NCBI GenBank assembly: GCA_028704635.1
Contig: JAQWFB010000003.1
Location: 56,357 to 120,356 of the forward strand
Direction: 5' to 3'
DNA: 64,000 nt
Origin: Candidatus Shapirobacteria bacterium
GTDB lineage: Bacteria; Patescibacteriota; Microgenomatia; UBA12405
Position numbers and translations under genes: made by a program. The number at the start of each line of letters is the position of its first letter. Position 1 is the stretch's first letter. This document shows positions 26,974-36,474 of the stretch, in pieces. The notes beneath the pieces were generated by a model. It saw nothing but the letters and a program-made list of their open reading frames with translations. It did not search any database and was not told the DNA's origin.

Positions 26974-27007
26974 CAAACCTGTGGCTTACCATTCGCCGCA
27001 CCCTTCC
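26925..27007 (-). tRNA. tRNA-Ser (anticodon GCT), class II with a long variable arm
   Basis: Minus-strand sequence GGAAGGGtgCGGCgaatggtaaGCCaCAGGTttGCTaaACCTGcgtcagaaatggcatGTGGGttcgactCCCATCCCTTCCg. 7-bp acceptor stem, anticodon loop TTGCTAA, T-loop TTCGACT, discriminator G. Confidence 0.75.
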
Positions 27008-27063
27008 TGGGGATAGTGTTTTAGTATATCAAATTTTTCTCAAATGCTTTAAAATTAAAACAA

Positions 27064-27602
27064 TGAAGAAGAAAGCAGTTAGCAAGGTTGATAAGGCGAT
27101 AAAAGACATTAACGAAGAAAAAACTTTATTCAAATGGACAGCCGCCGAAAGGGCATTTAAGAAGAGAGACAAAGATTTTTGGATCACTGCTATTTCCATT
27201 TTAGTTCTATTTTCAGTCGTTTTAATTTTTATTGAAGAATTTTTTCTAATCGTCGCTCTCGTTTCAGTTTTATTTTTATATTACGTTCTCTCTACTGTCC
27301 CTCCTCAAGAAGTTAAATATAAAATTACCAACAGGGGAATTCATTTTGGTGATTCAAAATATAGTTGGGACATTTTATTAAGATTTTGGTTCAGGAAAAG
27401 TCTTAACGTTGAGCTTTTAGAATTTGAAACTAATCTAAGAGTTCCTCGACAAATTTCTTTTGTTATTAAAGAATCTGACAAAGAAGAAATAAAAAAAATT
27501 GTTTTAAAAAAATTACCTTTAGTTGAATCATCGCCAAATTTTGTTGATAAATTGGCCAAGTGGTGGAACGATAAAATGCCTTGGGAAAAACGGGAAAAAT
27601 AG
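27064..27602 (+). CDS. Hypothetical membrane protein (the tracked ORF trimmed to an internal Met)
   Basis: The tracked ORF starts at 26898 inside the tRNA-Ser gene. The likely real start is MKKKAVSKVD at 27064. Two TM helices. Confidence 0.45.
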
Positions 27603-27634
27603 ACTTTATTTGGTATAATTCATATGATTTATTT

Positions 27635-27706
27635 GCGCTTATAGTTTAATGGATAGAATAGCGGTTTGCGGAACCGTTGATCCAGGTTCGATTCCTGGTA
27701 GGCGCA
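27635..27706 (+). tRNA. tRNA, most likely Arg with anticodon GCG by my manual fold
   Basis: GCGCTTAtaGTTTaatggataGAATaGCGGTttGCGgaACCGTtgatCCAGGttcgattCCTGGTAGGCGCa. Acceptor and T arm (GGTTCGATTCC) are clear. Anticodon loop TTGCGGA. Promoter-like TATAAT sits upstream. Confidence 0.7.
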
Positions 27707-27719
27707 CTCTTTAAAAAAT

Positions 27720-27801
27720 GGAGGGTTGGCCGAGTGGTTTATGGCGCACGCCTCGAAAGCGTGTGGGGAAACCCGCAGAGGTTCAAATCCTCTACCCTCC
27801 G
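27720..27801 (+). tRNA. tRNA-Ser (anticodon CGA), class II
   Basis: GGAGGGTtgGCCgagtggtttatGGCgCACGCctCGAaaGCGTGtggggaaacccgcAGAGGttcaaatCCTCTACCCTCCg. Anticodon loop CTCGAAA, long variable arm, discriminator G. Confidence 0.8.
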
Positions 27802-27813
27802 CTCAATATTTAA

Positions 27814-29331
27814 CTACTTAAGGACACCTATTTTTTTATAGGTTAAATCTGCTAATTTTTTGGATTTTATATTAATCAACCCATCATAATAGATGTTCTT
27901 ATCCGAGATAATTGCTTTTTTATATTTTTCATCAGATAAATATGCTTCATCAGTGATGATGTTATATTTAATTATTTTTAGAGATCCATTAGGATAAACA
28001 TCATCATGTGATAAAAAATAGGCAATATTATTATCATTCCTAATGTCATATATATCATTAAATTCAGTAGTAATAGAATCATCGTCAAACTTTATTACAC
28101 CATTAACATTTGCAAGTGTTTTTTTAGTTATCTCCTTTTTATCAAGATCAATTATTGTTAAACCATAAGTGTTTGCAAAAATTAGAAAGTTTTTATAGTT
28201 TATATATTTACATAAATCATTAATATTTTCACAATCTTCCATATTACCTATTTCATAATTTTTATTGGAAATACTGTCATAATATTCAAGGATGGACATA
28301 TGTTTATTATTATCAATAGTTTTTCCATTAGATAGGTAATAATAATTTCCATCCATATAGGAATAACCTAGATTTGTTCCATTATAATCAATAGTCTCAC
28401 CTTGAGAATTTATTGCCAAACCTTGATTATTAAATTGTATCGACATTAAAGTATTATCATTGCATTGAGGATTTGTTTTATCAATTTTACAAACAGTTAG
28501 GGTTGAATCTGTTGAATTTTTGGTTAAAGCTAGGCGTTTTACTACCGTACTATGACCAGTACCAGCTTCAGGCACATTATAGTATAAATAGTTGTTGTCA
28601 TGATTTTTAATCGATATTGCCTTCTTATCAATTTCCTTTATTTTTTTTGTAGATACATCATACTCTTTAAGACCATTATTTTTATAATTTTCCGTTTTAT
28701 CTATAAAATATATTTTATTATCAGTAGCAAAAGTCATATCGTTGCCCAGATTAATTTCAGAAGTAACATTAAAAATTGTATTTGTGTTCAAATTGAAAAT
28801 CTTATTAACATAAGTGGTTAGCAATGATAAAACAAAAAATATTATCGAAATAATAATAATTTTTACAATGACAGATTTTGTAGAAAATTTCGTTAGTTTA
28901 TTAAAAAACCAGGTATATATCGAAAAGAAAACTAAACCAGCAGAAATATTTCCAATTAAAAAAATGGCAGATGCCACCATAAAAGCTAACGCAAAACCAG
29001 CTCCTGCCCCTCCTTCTGAAGACATGTTTTGTCCAGATAGAAAAAACATATATCCCAACACTCCTACCACAACAGTTCCAATATAGCTAATTAATAAACT
29101 TAAAGAAATTACAAATAAGTGTTTTTTAAGTAAAATTTTATTGCGCCAACGATAAATTAGTACTACAACTTCAGAGATAACTATTAAAAAAATAATTAAC
29201 CTAATATTAGTAATAAAAACAAGAGCAGAACTACCAGTCATTTGTGAAGAAAAATGTAATATTGGTGAACCAAAAAAAATAAAGAAAACTAACATCAAGA
29301 CAAAAAATACTATTCCAATTATTATTTCCAT
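27814..29331 (-). CDS. Hypothetical membrane protein: N-terminal multi-TM region plus a C-terminal extracytoplasmic domain
   Basis: 505 aa. About six N-terminal hydrophobic helices, then an Asn/Tyr-rich domain with repeated beta-strand-like segments. No catalytic motif recognised. Confidence 0.45.
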   Translation of the reverse strand: MEIIIGIVFFVLMLVFFIFFGSPILHFSSQMTGSSALVFITNIRLIIFLIVISEVVVLIYRWRNKILLKKHLFVISLSLLISYIGTVVVGVLGYMFFLSGQNMSSEGGAGAGFALAFMVASAIFLIGNISAGLVFFSIYTWFFNKLTKFSTKSVIVKIIIISIIFFVLSLLTTYVNKIFNLNTNTIFNVTSEINLGNDMTFATDNKIYFIDKTENYKNNGLKEYDVSTKKIKEIDKKAISIKNHDNNYLYYNVPEAGTGHSTVVKRLALTKNSTDSTLTVCKIDKTNPQCNDNTLMSIQFNNQGLAINSQGETIDYNGTNLGYSYMDGNYYYLSNGKTIDNNKHMSILEYYDSISNKNYEIGNMEDCENINDLCKYINYKNFLIFANTYGLTIIDLDKKEITKKTLANVNGVIKFDDDSITTEFNDIYDIRNDNNIAYFLSHDDVYPNGSLKIIKYNIITDEAYLSDEKYKKAIISDKNIYYDGLINIKSKKLADLTYKKIGVLK

Positions 29332-29541
29332 AATTTGAACATTTTTTTTAATTAATTTTAATAATTAAACCAAAAAAAATAGTCTAACTTAGATAAGAAT
29401 ACACCCATTTAGTAAAATAAGACAAAAAAGAGGTAGTCATGTTATAAGGACAAAAGAGTTCTGGATTTCTACCCTCCGACAAAATATTCAGACTTAGTCT
29501 TATATACCCGAATGCAAAGTAGACAATGATACAATCATAGG

Positions 29542-31002
29542 ATGATTTCGGCAAAAAACATATTTTATTCTTACGGCAAAGAGAACATTTTTGAAGGGGC
29601 TAACTTTTATGTTGCCAAAAATAGTAAGGTTGGTGTAGTTGGAGCCAATGGTTCTGGTAAATCCACTCTTTTCAATTTAATTACCGGTGAAGATCGTATT
29701 GATGATGGCAGTCTCGAGATTGTTGGCGATGTTATGTCTGTTCCTCAAGAAGTTAAGCACGATGCCACCATGGAAAAAGCCGAATCAATTCGTGACTATA
29801 TCGATCCTTATTGGCAAAAACAAGATTATGAAATTTTAAAAATGCTTTCTCGATTAGAATTATCTCGCCTAACTCTTGACGGCAAACCTCAAGTTTTAAG
29901 TGGTGGTCAAAAAACCAAATTAGCCATCGCCAGGGCTTTAATCTTTGAGCCAGAAATTTTACTTCTCGACGAACCCACTAATTTTTTAGATGTCGAAGGT
30001 AAACTTTGGATGATGAATTTTTTAGGTCGTTATTCAAAAACTCTAATTATTATTTCTCATGATTTAAAATTACTCGACAAAAACATCGATAAAATTATCG
30101 AAGTTGACAAACGAACTAAACAAATTACTGAATATAACGGCAATTACAGCAATTATGTTAATTTAAAAGGCGAAAGAGAAACTCTTTTAGTCAATCAAAT
30201 TCATGTTCAAGAACGTAAGATTGTTGATATGAAAAAAGGTTTAGTCAGAATTTCTGGCAATCGATCAGAAAAAGGTGTTCGCCAAAAACTTAATTTGCAA
30301 AAAAGAATCGAAAAATTAGTCGTTGCGCTGCCAGAAATGCCACCAAGTGTTAAAAAAATTAACATGCAATTACCCGAGCCAGCCTGGGTAGGTGAAGTGC
30401 CATTTATGGTCAAAAATTTATGTAAGTCTTATGGTGAAAAGAAAATTTTAATTGATATTAATTTTGATATAAAAAGAGGCGAGAGAGTTGCTCTCATGGG
30501 TCAAAATGGCGCTGGTAAAAGTACTTTAATTAAAATTTTAATGGGCATGTTAAACCCAGATTCTGGTGAAATTATTAAAGATGAAAAATTAAAGATTGGT
30601 TATTATTCCCAAGAATTTGAAACTTTTGACATGGATAAAAATCTTTTAGAAACGGTCAAAGATAAATGTGAAATGACCGAACCCCAACTTCGTTGTTTAT
30701 TAGGTCGTTTTTTATTTCCCGGTCAAAAAGTTTTCCAAAAAATTTCTACTCTTTCTGGTGGCGAAAAAACCCGTCTTTCAATTGCCACTCTTTTAGCCAA
30801 AAATTACAATCTTTTAATTCTCGACGAACCAACCACTTATCTTGATGTTCTTTCTCAAAGACTAATTCTTGAAGCTCTAAAATTTTATCAAGGCGCCATG
30901 ATTATCGTCAGCCACACCCCAGAATTTATTGAAGAATTAAAACCATCCCGTAAATTTCTCCTTCCTGAAAATAAAATGGTTTTGTGTTCAGAAAATTATT
31001 AA
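29542..31002 (+). CDS. ABC-F family ATPase (tandem ABC domains, no TM; translation-associated type)
   Basis: Two Walker A motifs (GANGSGKST and GQNGAGKST), two signatures (LSGGQKTKLAIARAL and LSGGEKTRLSIATLL), two Walker B motifs (LLLDEPTN and LILDEPTT), and an inter-domain linker. Confidence 0.8.
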   Translation: MISAKNIFYSYGKENIFEGANFYVAKNSKVGVVGANGSGKSTLFNLITGEDRIDDGSLEIVGDVMSVPQEVKHDATMEKAESIRDYIDPYWQKQDYEILKMLSRLELSRLTLDGKPQVLSGGQKTKLAIARALIFEPEILLLDEPTNFLDVEGKLWMMNFLGRYSKTLIIISHDLKLLDKNIDKIIEVDKRTKQITEYNGNYSNYVNLKGERETLLVNQIHVQERKIVDMKKGLVRISGNRSEKGVRQKLNLQKRIEKLVVALPEMPPSVKKINMQLPEPAWVGEVPFMVKNLCKSYGEKKILIDINFDIKRGERVALMGQNGAGKSTLIKILMGMLNPDSGEIIKDEKLKIGYYSQEFETFDMDKNLLETVKDKCEMTEPQLRCLLGRFLFPGQKVFQKISTLSGGEKTRLSIATLLAKNYNLLILDEPTTYLDVLSQRLILEALKFYQGAMIIVSHTPEFIEELKPSRKFLLPENKMVLCSENY

Positions 31003-31016
31003 AATACAGTCTTTTA

Positions 31017-31520
31017 TTACATTTTTCTCGAATCGTAAGCCCAATGCAATAATGCTTGTCTTTGAATTGGTCTACATTTAAAATCTCTAATTTTACAGTT
31101 TTTTCTAAGTTGACCAATATGTCTTTTCATTGCCAACCATCTTTTGATTTGTATTTCATCATCTTCGCATCTTCTCCCCAAATAATATCGGCAATACCAT
31201 TGGAACCAACCTCTTGGGTCATCTTTAGAAATCCAACCTTTTTCTCTCCAAACACTTAATGGTTGGCTAGCGTTTACTTCAAAAAAATTAATTTTCGGGT
31301 CATGAAATTCATGACACAATTTTTCTTTTTTAAACCAATCTTTCGGGAATTCATTTTGACAGTCAGTCATATATTTACCTCCAAAAACTCCCATACCCAA
31401 CATTTCTTCTGGAGTTAATTCTGGTTTAAATGTTGGATTAAATCGTTCACCTTCAGGTTCAGTTAAATAATACCTATAGTCTGTTTGCATTAAATCATTA
31501 ACTACCATCAGTTTTTTCAT
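31017..31520 (-). CDS. Conserved hypothetical protein, Trp/Cys-rich (GWFQWYCRYYLGRR motif)
   Basis: 167 aa with no TM. Family not recognised by inspection. Confidence 0.45.
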   Translation of the reverse strand: MKKLMVVNDLMQTDYRYYLTEPEGERFNPTFKPELTPEEMLGMGVFGGKYMTDCQNEFPKDWFKKEKLCHEFHDPKINFFEVNASQPLSVWREKGWISKDDPRGWFQWYCRYYLGRRCEDDEIQIKRWLAMKRHIGQLRKNCKIRDFKCRPIQRQALLHWAYDSRKM

Positions 31521-31525
31521 AAAAT

Positions 31526-32185
31526 TTATTTCATCGCTGTTTTTTTATACTCATATTTTCCATAGATTCTCACTTCTGTCCCAATCTCAGCCCAATTAAA
31601 AATTTCCGCCGCATCGGCCGTTTTCATATTAATACATCCATGGCTCATCGGCACTCCAAAATTATTATGCCAATAGGTGCCATGTAAACTAAAACCAACT
31701 CTTTTTGCATATACATTATTATAGAAGAACATAATATATGGAACATTAGGCAAATAATAATAATCATTTGTCAACTTAGACCCACCAGACATCTTTTGTG
31801 ATCTAATTTTAGTCCATATTTTAAAAACTCCAGTCGGAGTTCTTCCCCATTTTCCCGAAGAAATAATATATTCCTTAAGTCTTTGACTATTTTCATAGGT
31901 ATAAACTTTCTGAGAAGTTAAATCAACTTCAATATATTTATTTGAATTATTTGTCATAGCCATATATGTCTCTCCTAAAACTTGTGGCTGATCTTGTGGT
32001 ATATTCACTTCCTTATTATTAAATATTCCCACTCGTGCCAAAGGATCGTAGTATTCAGATATAGTGTTCGGATCAATTTCTTTCTGAAAAGAAAGATATT
32101 TTGGCCACCACGGCTGACTTATAATCATCAATCCCAAAAAACTAGCCAAAAACAGTAATAAAAATAACACTTTCCGCATTATCAA
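31526..32185 (-). CDS. L,D-transpeptidase (YkuD domain)
   Basis: Signal anchor, then catalytic motif SLHGTYWHNNFGVPMSHGCINM (the H...SHGC signature). Confidence 0.8.
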   Translation of the reverse strand: MIMRKVLFLLLFLASFLGLMIISQPWWPKYLSFQKEIDPNTISEYYDPLARVGIFNNKEVNIPQDQPQVLGETYMAMTNNSNKYIEVDLTSQKVYTYENSQRLKEYIISSGKWGRTPTGVFKIWTKIRSQKMSGGSKLTNDYYYLPNVPYIMFFYNNVYAKRVGFSLHGTYWHNNFGVPMSHGCINMKTADAAEIFNWAEIGTEVRIYGKYEYKKTAMK

Positions 32186-32202
32186 ATAATAAACTTTTTT
32201 AT

Positions 32203-32484
32203 CTACTTTGTAAACTGTCGGTCAAATTTTTTTGTCAAAGGAATTGTTAAAAAACTAATTATGATCAAAATCATAATTACCGCCGATATTATATCGCTAA
32301 TCCAACCATTAGTAATTTTTGGCCAAAATTGGGTTAATCCTAAGATTTGAAAATAATTCAAAAATTTTATATTCCCGTTTTTAATTGTACTAAAAACCAA
32401 CACTCCAATATGAATCAATGCTGTTAATAACACAAATTTTAAAAAACTTGACCAAATTTTTTTACTTATTTTTATAAAAATCAT
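32203..32484 (-). CDS. Small membrane protein, hypothetical
   Basis: 93 aa, 2-3 TM. Confidence 0.35.
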   Translation of the reverse strand: MIFIKISKKIWSSFLKFVLLTALIHIGVLVFSTIKNGNIKFLNYFQILGLTQFWPKITNGWISDIISAVIMILIIISFLTIPLTKKFDRQFTK

Positions 32485-32569
32485 AAATCAGCTTATCATA
32501 TAAAATTTAATCCCTTGACAAATATGTTAACTAGATCTAACATATAGTTAGAATTAATTAACAATTAAT

Positions 32570-33115
32570 ATGACACTTAAAAAATATAATCAAATCAGAT
32601 TAGCTATAGTTATAATAATTTCCATTGTTGTTGGCCAATCAATCGTCTTGGAAAATTATTTAATGTCTATTTCTACTGTAGCCATTGGTTCTTTAGTTTT
32701 ACTTTTTCTTCGTCGTCAAGTTAAGGAAGTTGTTGCTGATGAGCGTGATTATGCCCTTACGGGTAAATCTGCCAGTTGGGCTATCCAAATTTATTCTTGG
32801 ATTGCTGTTATTGCTATGTTTATTTTATATGCCTTCAAAAATCTAAATCCCAGCTATGAGCCAATTGCCTTGACTTTAGCCTATTCAACTTGTGCTCTTA
32901 TGCTAATTTACAGTCTTATTTATAAATTTATAAATAAAATTAAATTCACTCCAAGCAAAAGCAAATTTATTGTCTTTATTATAATTTTAGCCATATTCTT
33001 AGGAATTTTTACTGTTCGTTTATTCTCAGGTGAAGATAACTGGGTTTGCCAAAAAGGGGAATGGATTCAACATGGCCATCCTGACTTTTCTGCTCCCACT
33101 ATCCCTTGTAAATAA
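32570..33115 (+). CDS. Hypothetical membrane protein (4 TM) upstream of the XRE regulator
   Basis: 181 aa. Cys-rich C-terminal tail [23 protein letters not shown]. Confidence 0.45.
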   Translation: MTLKKYNQIRLAIVIIISIVVGQSIVLENYLMSISTVAIGSLVLLFLRRQVKEVVADERDYALTGKSASWAIQIYSWIAVIAMFILYAFKNLNPSYEPIALTLAYSTCALMLIYSLIYKFINKIKFTPSKSKFIVFIIILAIFLGIFTVRLFSGEDNWVCQKGEWIQHGHPDFSAPTIPCK

Positions 33116-33117
33116 TT

Positions 33118-33306
33118 ATGCAAACCAAAATTAAAGAATATCGAGCCAAATTAAATCTAACTCAAGAGCAGTTGGCTGATTTGGTTGGAGTCAGAAGAGA
33201 AACAATCGTTTTTCTCGAGCAGGGGAAATACAACCCCTCACTAAAATTAGCCCATGATGTGGCTAAAATTTTAAAAACATCAATTGATAATTTGTTTATA
33301 TTTTAA
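33118..33306 (+). CDS. XRE-family helix-turn-helix transcriptional regulator
   Basis: [41 protein letters not shown] is a canonical HTH_XRE. 62 aa. Confidence 0.85.
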   Translation: MQTKIKEYRAKLNLTQEQLADLVGVRRETIVFLEQGKYNPSLKLAHDVAKILKTSIDNLFIF

Positions 33307-33318
33307 TTATTAATTTAA

Positions 33319-33366
33319 GCCGCCCTGTTAAGGGAGGTGCCCCGCAGAGCGGGGCGGAGGGTTTTT
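33319..33366 (+). repeat. Copy 3 of the dispersed structured repeat, intergenic, directly after the XRE gene
   Basis: gccgCCCTGTTAAGGGAGGTGCCCCGCagaGCGGGGCGGAGGGTTTTT. The tracked ORF at 33337 starts inside it. The likely real start is ATG 33369 (MIGKAKW). Confidence 0.6.
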
Positions 33367-33368
33367 AT

Positions 33369-33765
33369 TATGATTGGAAAAGCAAAATGGTTCAAAATTA
33401 GAAAATATACTGGTTGGGGATTAACTCCAGTAACTTGGCAAGGGTGGCTTTATATAGTCTTATTTGTAGCCCCAATAGCCCTTATTAATTCAATTTCTCT
33501 AGATCAAAATATCAAAAATATTTTTATCTTAACTTTAATCGCTTTATTTATAATCGATATTATTCATATCATGTCCCAAATTAAAAAAGACGAAAGAGAA
33601 AGACTTCATGAAGCCATTGCCGATAGAAACGCCCTCTGGTTTATGATTTTTGTTTTATTGATTGGAGCTTTTATTAACCAAATTGTCGATCCAATTTTTA
33701 TTATTGCCATCGTCGGTGCTACATTAATTAGAGCGGGGACTCAATTTTATTTAAGAGATAAATAA
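33369..33765 (+). CDS. Hypothetical membrane protein (3-4 TM)
   Basis: The tracked ORF 33337-33765, trimmed to the Met after the repeat. Confidence 0.45.
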
Positions 33766-33770
33766 AAAAA

Positions 33771-34976
33771 TTATCGACAAATAAACAACTTGTCACTTTT
33801 CCTCACTTTTTCTTCAACCTTAAAAGTCATGATGTTGTTATCCATTTTTATTCCAAAAAATTTTCCTCTAATTACACCACTGCTTGGCCCAATAATCACA
33901 TAGTTGTCGCCATTATTTACTCGTTCACTGTTGGTTAATTTTATTTCGGCAATTTTAACTTTTGGATAATAATGATCAATTTTACCCAACAATATTCTTT
34001 TCTCTGTCGCCAAACTATTTTCTCCTTGGGCCCATTCTTCTACCTTTCTTCCTAAATAATAACCCTCAGAAAATCCTCTATTAAAAACTGTTTTTAATTG
34101 CTCCAATAATTTTTCTTTAATGGCTTTATCATATTTTTTTTCTTCAATTAATTTCAATGCCTTTTTGTAAACCCTCACCACTGTATCCACATAATCAGCA
34201 CTTCTAGCTCGACCTTCAATTTTAATAGTACTAATTCCTGTTTCCACTAATTTATCCAACAATCCAATCGTACACAAATCACTTCGGCTCATAATTAAAT
34301 TATTATCAAGAATTAATTTTTTCCCGGTTTCCATTTCCATCACTTCATATTTTCGTCGACACATTTGCACACATTTTCCTCGGTTAGCCGACAAATTTTG
34401 ATGAAATAAACTCATTTGACATCGACCCGAAATTCCCACACACATTGCTCCATGTCCAAACACTTCAATTTCAATTAATTGCTTTTTTGGTCCTTTATTT
34501 TTTTCTTTTTTAATTCCCTCAACTATTTTTTTAATTTGTTCTAAATTTAATTCTCGGGCCAAGACAATTCTATCCACCCACTTACTTAAAAATTTTATTG
34601 TTTCCAAATTCGACACTGACATTTGGGTCGACACACAAACTTCAATTTTCTTTTCGTTTGCCAATTTTATAATTGCCAAATCAGAGGCAATAACCCCATC
34701 AATTCCAGTTTTTTTAATTTTGTCCAAAATCTTTTTTATTTCTTCAATTTCTTCATCATAAACCACTGTATTTAAAGTCACCCAAGCTTTTATTTTTGCT
34801 TTTTTACAAATTTGACTAATTTTTTCTAAGTCATTAATAGAAAAATTATTAGCCCCCGCCGCTCTCATATTTAAAATTCCAATTCCAAAATAAATCTCAT
34901 CGGCTCCGGCATTTACTGCCGCCATCAGTGACTCAAAATTTCCCGCCGGCGCTAATATTTTTATTTTATTTTTCAA
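33771..34976 (-). CDS. Peptidase U32 family protein (collagenase-like / YhbU-type)
   Basis: N-terminal KILAPAGNFESLMAAVNAGADEIYFG and conserved Cys-rich region EVFGHGAMCVGISGRCQMS...CVQMCRR, typical of U32. Confidence 0.85.
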   Translation of the reverse strand: MKNKIKILAPAGNFESLMAAVNAGADEIYFGIGILNMRAAGANNFSINDLEKISQICKKAKIKAWVTLNTVVYDEEIEEIKKILDKIKKTGIDGVIASDLAIIKLANEKKIEVCVSTQMSVSNLETIKFLSKWVDRIVLARELNLEQIKKIVEGIKKEKNKGPKKQLIEIEVFGHGAMCVGISGRCQMSLFHQNLSANRGKCVQMCRRKYEVMEMETGKKLILDNNLIMSRSDLCTIGLLDKLVETGISTIKIEGRARSADYVDTVVRVYKKALKLIEEKKYDKAIKEKLLEQLKTVFNRGFSEGYYLGRKVEEWAQGENSLATEKRILLGKIDHYYPKVKIAEIKLTNSERVNNGDNYVIIGPSSGVIRGKFFGIKMDNNIMTFKVEEKVRKSDKLFICR

Positions 34977-36474
34977 TTAAACTTTCTCCTGTCATTTCCA
35001 CTGGCTTCTCTATTCCCATTAATTCTAAAATTGTTGGTGCCACATCTTTTAATCCACCATCTTTAACTTGGCCATCAATTCCAATAAAAGAAAACTTAAC
35101 TGGATTAAAACCATGAGACACATCAACCCCACCATCTTTATAAAGCATATTTTCAGCGTTACCATGATCAGCTCCCACAATTACCACATAATCATTTTCA
35201 ATTCCTTTATTTACAATTTTACCTACTTGTTCATCTACCACTTCACAAGCTTTTTTAACCGCCTCAAATTTTCCACTATGTCCCACCAAATCCGCATTAG
35301 CAAAATTAACCAAAATAAAATCGTAATTACCAATTACTTCCAATACTTTTTCTGACACCTGCGGTGCTGACATCTCCGGTTGTAAATCATAAGACAACAC
35401 TTTTGGACTAGGCACCATTATTCTATCCTCACCAGCAAATGCTGTTTCTTGCTGAGAATCAAAAAAGAAAGTCACATGAGCATATTTCTCAGTTTCCGCA
35501 ATTCTAATTTGTTTTTTATTATTTTTCGACAAAACTTCACCCAAATTATTTTTTACATTTTCCAATAAAAAGGCGACTGGTAAATCCCAAGATTTATCAT
35601 ATGTTCCCATGCAAACCCAAACCAAATCCAAATTACTTTGCAGTTCAGTTGGGCAAAGTGTTTGCCTAGTTATCATCGCTGTAATTTGGCGAGATCTATC
35701 AGTTCTAAAGTTAAACCAAATAAATGAATCACCATTTTTTAATAATCCATTTTTATCAATTATTGTTGGTTGTACATAATAATCAGTTTCATCGCCTCGT
35801 TCATAAGCCAAATTTATGGCTTCAATTGCGTCCATTGCTTCATAACCCTCACCTTTAATCCACAAACCAGCTGCTTTCTCAGTTCTTTCCCAATTAGTAT
35901 CCCTATCCATAGCATAATATCTTCCTACTGCTGTGGCAATTTTACCTACCCCAATTTCTTTTATTTTTTTATTTAATTGTTCAACATAACTTTTTGCCGA
36001 TTTTTCGGGAACATCTCGTCCATCCAACACTAAATGAATATAAACTTTTTCCAAACCATTATCTTTAGACAATTTTAATAAAGCATACAAATGATTCACG
36101 TCAGAATGAACTCCAGCATCTGACAATAATCCTGACAAATGTAAAGTGGAATTATTTTTTCGACAATTTTCAATTGCTTTTAATAAGGCTGGATTTTTAA
36201 AAAAATTCCCATCACTAATAGCATTATTAATCGTTTCCTGTGGTTGCCACACGATTCTTCCGGCTCCCATCGTCAAATGGCCAACCTCACTCCCACCTTG
36301 CGATCCTTTTGGATTCCCAACATCTTCGCCGGTGCACTTTAATAAGGCCGATGGACATTGGGCTAAATATTTATCATTATTTGGCACTTTCGCCGCCATA
36401 ATAGCATTACCATAAGAATCAGTTGAATAACCCCAACCATCTCTAATTATCAAAATTACTTTTTTATTATTCAT
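34966..36474 (-). CDS. gpmI: 2,3-bisphosphoglycerate-independent phosphoglycerate mutase
   Basis: IRDGWGY N-terminus, HLxGLLSDGGVHS-type motif (HLSGLLSDAGVHS), C-terminal ADHGNAE. Confidence 0.9.
   Translation of the reverse strand: MNNKKVILIIRDGWGYSTDSYGNAIMAAKVPNNDKYLAQCPSALLKCTGEDVGNPKGSQGGSEVGHLTMGAGRIVWQPQETINNAISDGNFFKNPALLKAIENCRKNNSTLHLSGLLSDAGVHSDVNHLYALLKLSKDNGLEKVYIHLVLDGRDVPEKSAKSYVEQLNKKIKEIGVGKIATAVGRYYAMDRDTNWERTEKAAGLWIKGEGYEAMDAIEAINLAYERGDETDYYVQPTIIDKNGLLKNGDSFIWFNFRTDRSRQITAMITRQTLCPTELQSNLDLVWVCMGTYDKSWDLPVAFLLENVKNNLGEVLSKNNKKQIRIAETEKYAHVTFFFDSQQETAFAGEDRIMVPSPKVLSYDLQPEMSAPQVSEKVLEVIGNYDFILVNFANADLVGHSGKFEAVKKACEVVDEQVGKIVNKGIENDYVVIVGADHGNAENMLYKDGGVDVSHGFNPVKFSFIGIDGQVKDGGLKDVAPTILELMGIEKPVEMTGESLIEK

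Noticed and set aside
26898-27063. N-terminal extension of ORF 26898-27602 (MDSKSISARRKGWESNPHAISDAGLANLWLTIRR...)
   Set aside because: Encoded by the sense strand across the tRNA-Ser gene. The hydrophobic protein proper begins at the internal Met (27064).
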